Assembly: GCA_944358505.1 (NCBI GenBank)
Contig: CALVRG010000020.1
Location: forward strand, 1-56,246
Direction of reading: 5' to 3'
Length of the DNA stretch: 56,246 bases
Origin: an uncultured Bacilli bacterium
Lineage (GTDB): Bacteria; Bacillota_I; Bacilli_A; RF39; UBA660
The translations under genes were made by a program, and so were the position numbers. Below are positions 1 through 6,940 of the stretch, piece by piece (position 1 is the first letter of the stretch; each line of letters begins with the position of its first letter). The notes under the pieces are model-generated. The model was not told the origin of the DNA. It saw only the letters and a list, made by a program, of their open reading frames with translations, and did not search any database.

Positions 1-174
1 ACAATTAAGAGATTTGATTTTGAAAGTTGTAAAATTGCGGTAAGATCATTTCTTAAAACGAAAAAACCGAGTAGAAAATTGATAGTTAATTTAGTAGAAA
101 AAGTTGAAATTGATAATGATAATAATATTAAATTGTACTTTAAAATTCCAGAATTAACATCATATTTAAGGTGA
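1..174 (+). CDS. 3' end (57 codons) of a site-specific recombinase, most likely a large serine recombinase; the ORF enters the window from the left
   Basis: Frame 1 is open from nt 1 to TGA 172-174: TIKRFDFESCKIAVRSFLKTKKPSRKLIVNLVEKVEIDNDNNIKLYFKIPELTSYLR*. The tail pattern (L-V-E-K-V-E-I ... I-K-L-Y-F-K) resembles how prophage/ICE large serine recombinases end. Only the tail is visible, so the family call is from memory. Confidence 0.4.
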   Translation, partial: TIKRFDFESCKIAVRSFLKTKKPSRKLIVNLVEKVEIDNDNNIKLYFKIPELTSYLR

Positions 175-222
175 TTTTTTTTAAACTTTTGTTTACCAAA
201 AAACTTGCAACCATCATTTTAG
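1..222. mobile_element. Right end of an integrated element (prophage, ICE or intervening element) lying mostly left of the window
   Basis: A recombinase tail ends about 50 nt before a truncated SEDS gene remnant. A 20-bp direct repeat sits at the junction. Confidence 0.4.
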
Positions 223-241
223 TTTACCAAAAAACTTGTAA
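191..241 (+). repeat. Two copies of a 20-bp direct repeat (GTTTACCAAAAAACTTGCAA at 191-210 and GTTTACCAAAAAACTTGTAA at 222-241) at the element/SEDS junction
   Basis: Read directly: 19/20 identical, 11-nt spacer. The second copy runs into the SEDS remnant reading frame. Confidence 0.8.
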
Positions 242-343
242 GGGGAGTTACATTACCCTTTTTATCTTATGGAGGAAGTTCCCTTCTAATTAGTATGTTA
301 AGTATAGGAATACTTTTAAACATTTCTAAAAAAAGCTATTAAC
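223..343 (+). pseudogene. 3' remnant of a SEDS-family gene (FtsW/RodA/SpoVE) lacking its 5' part and carrying a 1-nt frameshift
   Basis: The frame opens after TAG 220-222 and reads FTKKLVRGVTLPFLSYGGSSLLISMLKYRNTFKHF* (stop 328-330). GVTLPFxSYGGSS is the SEDS C-terminal signature. Dropping one A of the AAA at 300-302 gives ...SSLLISMLSIGILLNISKKSY* (stop 341-343), the expected last TM helix plus basic tail. Confidence 0.7.
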
Positions 344-493
344 AACTCTATATAAAGTATAACTAACTGAATGTTTTAAATGATAAAAATATATTCCAAA
401 AGTATTTCTAAATAAGAATTTGCAATATCTATCAATAAGCTATATTAAATAACAATACTAAAGTGTTAACAAGAATTTTTATAAAAAAGAAAT

Positions 494-528
494 AAAACAA
501 TTAAAAAAGTAGTATTTTAATTGTTTTT
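494..528 (+). terminator. Stem-loop with T-run
   Basis: AAAACAATTAAAA (494-506) pairs with TTTTAATTGTTTT (515-527): 13-bp stem, 8-nt loop, then T. Confidence 0.5.
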
Positions 529-560
529 GTAGTATATTTATTGCAAGGAGGTAATAAGCT

Positions 561-989
561 ATGACTATTCTATGGTTAGTAATATTTATAGTATTAATAT
601 TTTTAGAATTAATTACAACAAACTTTGTTTCTATTTGGTTTGCAATAGGTGCATTAATTACAACATTTGCAAGTTTAGTTATTGATAATTCTATGATAGA
701 ACTTGCTATATTTACAATAACTTCACTAATACTTTTACTTATAACAAGAAAGTTTGTAAGCAAAATAAAACCTAAAGGCCATATTCCTACTAATTTGGAT
801 CAAGTAATTGGTAAAACTGGAGTTGTAACTGAAGATATTTTAGAAGACGAAATAGGTGAAGTTAAAGTTCTAGGCAAAAGATGGAGTGCTGTTTCTGATA
901 AAAAAATAGTTAAAGATAGTAAAGTAAAAATACTTTCAATTGATGGTGTTAAACTTAAAGTAGAACTTATAAAGGAGAGTGATAAATAA
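561..989 (+). CDS. NfeD-family membrane protein
   Basis: RBS AAGGAGG. Hydrophobic N-terminal half (about 3 TM) plus a soluble C-terminal beta-domain (GEVKVLGKRWSAVS). The stop overlaps the start of the SPFH gene (TAATG), the classic NfeD/SPFH pairing. Confidence 0.75.
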   Translation: MTILWLVIFIVLIFLELITTNFVSIWFAIGALITTFASLVIDNSMIELAIFTITSLILLLITRKFVSKIKPKGHIPTNLDQVIGKTGVVTEDILEDEIGEVKVLGKRWSAVSDKKIVKDSKVKILSIDGVKLKVELIKESDK

Positions 990-1873
990 TGTTTTGGTTT
1001 ATCTTAATAGTTATTTTAATTATTGTTATTTTAGGAGTAAAAGTTATTCCTCAATCTGAAGCGAAAGTAGTTGAGCGTCTTGGTACTTACAATAAAACTT
1101 TGGGAACAGGACCTCATTATGTAATACCTTTTATTGATAGAGTTGCATCTACTGTAACTTTAAAAGAGATAGTAAAAGACTTTGCCCCACAACCAGTTAT
1201 TACTAAAGATAATGTTACTATGCAAATAGATACAGTTGTTTATTTTCAAATAACTGACCCTAAACTTTATACATATGGAATTGAAAATCCAATTAATGCC
1301 ATTGAAAACTTAACTGCAACAACTCTTCGTAATATTATTGGTGAACTTGAACTTGATCAAACACTAACTTCACGTGATATTATTAATTCTAAGATGAGAT
1401 CTATTCTAGATGAAGCAACAGATCCTTGGGGAATTAAAGTTAATAGAGTAGAAGTTAAAAATATTATACCTCCAAGAGATATTCAAGAAGCAATGGAAAA
1501 GCAAATGCGTGCTGAACGTGAAAGACGTGAAAAAATATTACAAGCTGAAGGAGAGAAAAAAGCTGCTATTTTAATTGCAGAAGGAGAAAAAGAAAGTACA
1601 ATTTTAAGAGCGGATGCTAATAAACAAGCTGCTATTAAAAAAGCAGAAGGAGAAGCAGAAGCTATTATGAAAATTAGAAATGCAGAAGCAGAAGGAATTA
1701 AACTATTAAAAGAAGCTAAAGCAGATGCTGCAGTATTAAAATTAAAAAGTTATGATGCCATGGTTAAAGTAGCCGCTGGACAATCTACTAAAATAATAGT
1801 TCCAAGTGAATTACAAAATTTAGTAACAGCAGGAACAGTATTAAAGGAAACATTTAGTGAAGAGAAAAAGTAA
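989..1873 (+). CDS. SPFH/band-7 (stomatin/prohibitin-like) membrane protein
   Basis: N-terminal TM, SPFH core (VVYFQITDP, TLRNIIGELELDQTLTSRD, WGIKVNRVEVKNIIPP, AMEKQMRAERERR) and an Ala/Glu/Lys-rich coiled-coil tail. Confidence 0.85.
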   Translation: MFWFILIVILIIVILGVKVIPQSEAKVVERLGTYNKTLGTGPHYVIPFIDRVASTVTLKEIVKDFAPQPVITKDNVTMQIDTVVYFQITDPKLYTYGIENPINAIENLTATTLRNIIGELELDQTLTSRDIINSKMRSILDEATDPWGIKVNRVEVKNIIPPRDIQEAMEKQMRAERERREKILQAEGEKKAAILIAEGEKESTILRADANKQAAIKKAEGEAEAIMKIRNAEAEGIKLLKEAKADAAVLKLKSYDAMVKVAAGQSTKIIVPSELQNLVTAGTVLKETFSEEKK

Positions 1874-2063
1874 TTTACTTTTTCTTTTTAATTATAATAA
1901 ACACTTTAATATGTTAAGAAATATGATATTCTTAAAATAAGAAGTGAACAAAATGAATCTTGATTTAGTAGAAATAAAAATAAAAATTACTAAATTTTTA
2001 CATTAAAAATAGCTATTTTTTTTAGTATAAAAATAGTATAATATAAGCATAGAAGGTGATTAC

Positions 2064-2765
2064 ATGTCTTATATTAGTGTGAAAAAATTAACTAAAACTT
2101 ATAAAATGGGAGAAATTTCTATTAAAGCCCTAGACGCAGTTTCTTTTGATATAGAAAAAGGAGAACTTACTGTTATCTTAGGGCCAAGTGGAGCAGGGAA
2201 AACTACAATTTTGAACATACTTGGAGGAATGGATTCGGCAACAAGTGGAAGTGTTATTATAGATGATGAAAATATCTCTAAATATAGCAGTAAAAAATTA
2301 ACTAATTATCGTCGTTATGATATTGGTTTTGTTTTTCAATTTTATAATTTAGTTGGCAATTTAACAGCAATAGAAAATGTATCACTTGCCAGTCAAATAT
2401 GCAAAAATCCTATGAATAGTGAAGAAGCATTAAAAAGAGTTGATTTGCTAAAAAGAAAAGATCATTTTCCAGCCCAACTATCAGGAGGAGAACAACAAAG
2501 AGTTTCTATTGCAAGAGCCATTGCCAAAAATCCTAAAATACTTCTATGTGATGAACCGACAGGAGCCCTTGATTCTAAAACTGGTAAAAAAATAATAGAA
2601 CTATTACAAGACACATGTCATAAAACTAAAACTACAACTATTATAATTACTCACAATGCTATTATCGCTGATATTGCAGATAAAGTTATTAAAGTGAAAA
2701 ATGGTAAAATTGAGAGCATTACTATAAATAAAAAACCTAAATTAGTTAAGGAGATAGATTGGTAA
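2064..2765 (+). CDS. ABC transporter ATP-binding protein (MacB/LolD-like)
   Basis: Walker [11 protein letters not shown]-loop, signature LSGGEQQRV, Walker [13 protein letters not shown]-loop ITHN. Confidence 0.9.
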   Translation: MSYISVKKLTKTYKMGEISIKALDAVSFDIEKGELTVILGPSGAGKTTILNILGGMDSATSGSVIIDDENISKYSSKKLTNYRRYDIGFVFQFYNLVGNLTAIENVSLASQICKNPMNSEEALKRVDLLKRKDHFPAQLSGGEQQRVSIARAIAKNPKILLCDEPTGALDSKTGKKIIELLQDTCHKTKTTTIIITHNAIIADIADKVIKVKNGKIESITINKKPKLVKEIDW

Positions 2766-5700
2766 TGTTAATTTTAAAAAATAGTTTTAGAAAAATAAAT
2801 AAATCTAAGGGTAGATTTTTATCATTAATACTTATAGTTATTTTAGGAACATCTTTTTTTGCAGGAATTAGAGAAACAGCAACTGATATGATAAAAACTA
2901 TTGATAGTTACTATGACGAGACTAACTTGTATGATTTTAAAATTGTTAGTACTATGGGCCTTACTGATGATGATTTGAAATCTTTAAACGAAATAAAAGG
3001 AGTAGAAAAAACAGAAGGAGCATATTCTTTTGATACTCTAATAAATGGAGATGTTGTTAAAGTATCTAGTATAACTAATATAAACAAAGTATCCTTAATA
3101 AAAGGAAGAATGCCTAAAAATAATGATGAATGTTTGGGAGAAAAAGGAGCTTTTAAAATAGGTGATGAAATTACAATAGATGATGATACTTATTTAAAAA
3201 ATAATACCTGTAAAATTGTAGGTACTATTAATAGTAGTAATTATATATATGAAAATAAAGGAATATCTACTATAGGTGATGGTAAACTCGATAGTTTAAT
3301 TTACGTTTTAAAAGATAACTTTAAAATAGATTATTATACAGAAATATATCTACTTGCAACTGGTGCTAAAAATGAAATTGCCTCAACTGATTCTTATCAG
3401 GAAATAATAGATAAAGTTGATAGTAAATTACAAAAGATAAAGCCATTAAGAGAAACAGCAAGATATGAAGAAATTTTAAAAGAAGCGATGGATAAGATAG
3501 TTTTAGAAGAAAATAAACTTAACTCTTTAAAAAACGAAAATAATTCTAAGTTTAAAAATGCTCTAAAAACTTTAGATGATAGTAAAAATAAACTAGATAA
3601 AGCAACTAGCGAATATAATTCAAATTTATCTACTTTAAATAGTAAAAAAGAGACTACTGAATCTGAATTAAATAATGGTTTTAATAGTTTAAATAATGCT
3701 AAAAATGAATTTAACAGTGCTCTTTCCGGTGCTAATCTAACTGTAGATATTTTAGACTCTACTTTAAATACAATTACCACCAATATTAGTGAGTTAGAAA
3801 AACAAATAGAAAACGCTGATCCTAGTAGTAGTATTTATGAAACATTAACTTATAGACTTAATGAACTTAAAACTAGTAAAGAAAATATAGAAACTTTAAT
3901 TAATACTAACAATACTTTAAAAGAACAAGAAAAAACCTTAAATGAATCTTTAAATACTTGGAATAGTGAATATAATAAAGCATTAAAAGAATTAAATAAA
4001 GCCAAAGAAGAAATAGATAATGGCTATATAGAATTAGAAAATGGTTATAATGAATATAATAGAAATTATAATACATACCTAGAAGAAATAACTAAATATG
4101 AAGATGAGATAGCAAAATCAAAAGAAGAAGTTAATTCTTTAGAAAAACCTATTTGGTATTTACAAACTAGAAGTGATTCAACTGGTTATACGTCTTTCTA
4201 TGAAAGTGCTACTAAAGTTGATTCTATTGCCACAGTTTTTCCGTTATTCTTTATTCTTATATCTTTCTTAATGGCATTTAACACAATGAATAGAATGATA
4301 GAAGAAGAAAGAGGTGAAATTGGCACTTTTGTATCATTAGGTATTAGCAAGAAAACTATTTGCTTTAGTTATCTATTATATGTTTTTGTTGCTTGTATTA
4401 TTGGATTAATAATAGGACTTAGTATAGGATATAATTTAATACCAAGAGTTTTATATACAGTATATTCAGCAGCATTTACACTTCCTAGTCTAATTACCTA
4501 TGTGAATCCAATTGTTTGTTTAGTTATTATTTTTGTTACAATAATATTAATGAGCCTTGTAGTATTTATAACATTACATAATGATTTTAAACTAGTTCCG
4601 GCTACAATACTAAGACCAGCTTCACCTAAAAATGGTAAGAAAGTATTATTAGAAAAAATAACCATTATTTGGAACAAATTATCATTTTCTTGGAAGATTA
4701 CAGTAAGAAATTTATTTAGATATAAAAAAAGAATTTTTATGACTGTTTTAGGAATAGCAGGATGTACAGCCTTACTTTTAACAGGTTTTGGTATTAAAGA
4801 TAGTCTTTCATCTTTAATAGATATTCAGTTTAATGATATAACACATTATGATGCCACATTAGTACTAAATGATAAAAATTATGAAGAAAAAGATATTTTA
4901 AATAGTTTAAGTATTAATAATATAACTGAATATTTGAAGACTAATATATCTAGTTACACATTTAAAGCAGGAACAAAAAAATTAGATTTTACTTTAATAG
5001 CCTTTATGGATGATAATTCTATTGATGATTATATTAGTTTAAAGACACTTGATAAAAAGAAAATTACTCTTAACGATGATGGTGTTATAATATCAGAAAA
5101 AATGGCCGAATTATTAAATGCTAAAGTAGGAAAGAATATAAGCATTAGAAATACTGATAATGAATTATTTGTTGTAAAAGTAGCAGGAATTTGTGAAAAT
5201 TATGTATCTAATTATATGTATATGAATAAAACTTATTACAAAAAGATCTTTAATGATGATAAATATAACAGTTTTATTGTTAATCTTTCTAATGATGTTA
5301 GCAAAGAAAAATTATCTAATAATTTAATAGAAACTAATTATTTTTCAACAATCCAATATACTAGTGATAGTATGAAAACATTTAATGATGTGATAGTAGG
5401 TATGAACAATATAGTTTATCTAATTTTAGCTTTTTCAAGTTTCCTTGCTATAACCGTATTATATAATTTAACTATTATTAATATTAATGAAAGACAAAGA
5501 GAAATAGCAACTTTAAAAGTCTTAGGTTTTAGAGATAAAGAAGTATCAAGCTATGTTTATAGAGAAACTATTATTTTAACTATTGTAGGTATATTTGTAG
5601 GGCTATTTTTAGGAATATTTTTAAATGCTTTTGTTCTAATAGTAGCAGAAACAGATGAGATTTTATTTGTAAAGACAATTAAACCTATAAGTTATATTAT

Positions 5701-5803
5701 ATCCTTTATAATAGTAGTTATTTTTAGTGTTATAGTTCAAATAGTTACATATTTTATTTTAAAAAGAATAAACATGATAGATTCATTGAAGTCAGTAGAA
5801 TAA
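2765..5803 (+). CDS. FtsX-family ABC permease with duplicated FtsX modules and a long coiled-coil extracytoplasmic insert
   Basis: ATG overlaps the ATPase stop (TAATG). One N-terminal TM, then a roughly 430-aa hydrophilic region that includes a long Asn/Lys/Glu/Leu heptad-like coiled-coil stretch. This is followed by a TM cluster, a second soluble domain and a second C-terminal TM cluster. Confidence 0.8.
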   Translation: MLILKNSFRKINKSKGRFLSLILIVILGTSFFAGIRETATDMIKTIDSYYDETNLYDFKIVSTMGLTDDDLKSLNEIKGVEKTEGAYSFDTLINGDVVKVSSITNINKVSLIKGRMPKNNDECLGEKGAFKIGDEITIDDDTYLKNNTCKIVGTINSSNYIYENKGISTIGDGKLDSLIYVLKDNFKIDYYTEIYLLATGAKNEIASTDSYQEIIDKVDSKLQKIKPLRETARYEEILKEAMDKIVLEENKLNSLKNENNSKFKNALKTLDDSKNKLDKATSEYNSNLSTLNSKKETTESELNNGFNSLNNAKNEFNSALSGANLTVDILDSTLNTITTNISELEKQIENADPSSSIYETLTYRLNELKTSKENIETLINTNNTLKEQEKTLNESLNTWNSEYNKALKELNKAKEEIDNGYIELENGYNEYNRNYNTYLEEITKYEDEIAKSKEEVNSLEKPIWYLQTRSDSTGYTSFYESATKVDSIATVFPLFFILISFLMAFNTMNRMIEEERGEIGTFVSLGISKKTICFSYLLYVFVACIIGLIIGLSIGYNLIPRVLYTVYSAAFTLPSLITYVNPIVCLVIIFVTIILMSLVVFITLHNDFKLVPATILRPASPKNGKKVLLEKITIIWNKLSFSWKITVRNLFRYKKRIFMTVLGIAGCTALLLTGFGIKDSLSSLIDIQFNDITHYDATLVLNDKNYEEKDILNSLSINNITEYLKTNISSYTFKAGTKKLDFTLIAFMDDNSIDDYISLKTLDKKKITLNDDGVIISEKMAELLNAKVGKNISIRNTDNELFVVKVAGICENYVSNYMYMNKTYYKKIFNDDKYNSFIVNLSNDVSKEKLSNNLIETNYFSTIQYTSDSMKTFNDVIVGMNNIVYLILAFSSFLAITVLYNLTIININERQREIATLKVLGFRDKEVSSYVYRETIILTIVGIFVGLFLGIFLNAFVLIVAETDEILFVKTIKPISYIISFIIVVIFSVIVQIVTYFILKRINMIDSLKSVE

Positions 5804-5828
5804 AAAGACTCTCTTTTTGAGTCTTTTT
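5802..5828. terminator. Bidirectional terminator between the convergent permease and cotJC
   Basis: AAAAAGACTC (5802-5811), 7-nt loop, GAGTCTTTTT (5819-5828). Confidence 0.75.
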
Positions 5829-5829
5829 G

Positions 5830-6390
5830 CTATTTATTTAACATTTTATCATAGTAATTAAACAAATCTTGAAAAGCATTAAAATGAACAATTTCTCTTT
5901 GTCTTAACCATAGAAGTGGTCCTATTACATCAGGATCATTTGTTAGATTTATTAAATTTTCATATACTGCTCTTGCTTTTTGCTCTGCAGCCATATCTTC
6001 CATAATATCGGCAAGTGGATCCCCTGTAGTTGCAAAGTATGCAGTTGTAAATGGTACTCCATTAGCATCAGTTGGAAATATTGCATTTCTGTGTTCTGCA
6101 TAATTACTAGCAAGGCCTGCTGCTTTTAACTCTTCTGGTGTTGCATCTTTTAATAATTGATATACCATAGTAGATAACATTTCTACATGACCTAATTCTT
6201 CTGTTCCAATATCAGTAAGAAGAGCTTGACCTTTCATATCAGGCATAGTATATCTTTGATTTAAATATCTTAAAGCAGCTCCTAGTTCTCCATTTGGACC
6301 GCCATATTGCGTAATTAATTGTTTAGCAAGGGCAATGTCTTTCTTTTTTATATTAATAGGATATTGTAATCTTTTAGTATAACTAAACAT
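5830..6390 (-). CDS. cotJC: Spore-coat-associated manganese catalase family protein CotJC
   Basis: KRLQYPI..., GELGAALRYLNQRY, EELGHVEML and a ferritin-like four-helix pattern. Start chosen at ATG 6390 behind GGAGGTG. The ORF-track start at 6399 has no RBS. Confidence 0.85.
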   Translation of the reverse strand: MFSYTKRLQYPINIKKKDIALAKQLITQYGGPNGELGAALRYLNQRYTMPDMKGQALLTDIGTEELGHVEMLSTMVYQLLKDATPEELKAAGLASNYAEHRNAIFPTDANGVPFTTAYFATTGDPLADIMEDMAAEQKARAVYENLINLTNDPDVIGPLLWLRQREIVHFNAFQDLFNYYDKMLNK

Positions 6391-6820
6391 TAGATACACC
6401 TCCTACATTCCATGGAAAACTTTGTGTTTGCCATAAAAATGGACTAGTATTTAAAGCATTACTACTAAGTACAATAGGACCATATTTTTTTTCATAAGCC
6501 ATAGTTAGTTCATTAGCTTTTTCTCTATATTGATTAAATAAATCAATCATATTACCATCACTAGGATATAAATCTAAATATAAGTTTAAATCATGAGCTG
6601 CAAATGAAGCTTCAGCCATATCTAAAAACATCTTTTCTTGTTTATTAGTTGGTTTTAAAACAGGTATCTGATAATTTCTATAAGGGTCATATAAATTTCT
6701 AAACATATTTCCTTTCATATAGCCCTCACTTTCATTAAATAATATAGGATTAAACATATCTCTTTGATAATTAGTAAATCCATAATTATTTCCTTGATAA
6801 TAGTTATAATTTCTATTCAT
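6383..6820 (-). CDS. cotJB: CotJB-domain protein with an N-terminal CotJA-like segment (apparent CotJA-CotJB fusion)
   Basis: The C-terminal part has the CotJB signature (HDLNLYLDLYPSD ... YEKKYGP ... FPWNV). The N-terminal about 55 aa carries EGYMKGNMFRNLYDPY, matching the CotJA motif EALRKGTLWKDLYDFY. It overlaps cotJC by 8 nt. Confidence 0.75.
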   Translation of the reverse strand: MNRNYNYYQGNNYGFTNYQRDMFNPILFNESEGYMKGNMFRNLYDPYRNYQIPVLKPTNKQEKMFLDMAEASFAAHDLNLYLDLYPSDGNMIDLFNQYREKANELTMAYEKKYGPIVLSSNALNTSPFLWQTQSFPWNVGGVSNV

Positions 6821-6940
6821 TTTTTATTTTTCTCCCTTCAGTTTATTCTATTCTAGTTAATTACCTAGGAAAGGGCTTTAACCTATTGTCTAAACATTTA
6901 ATTTTTGATAAAATGATAAAAGTAGAGAGTGGTGTTTTAT

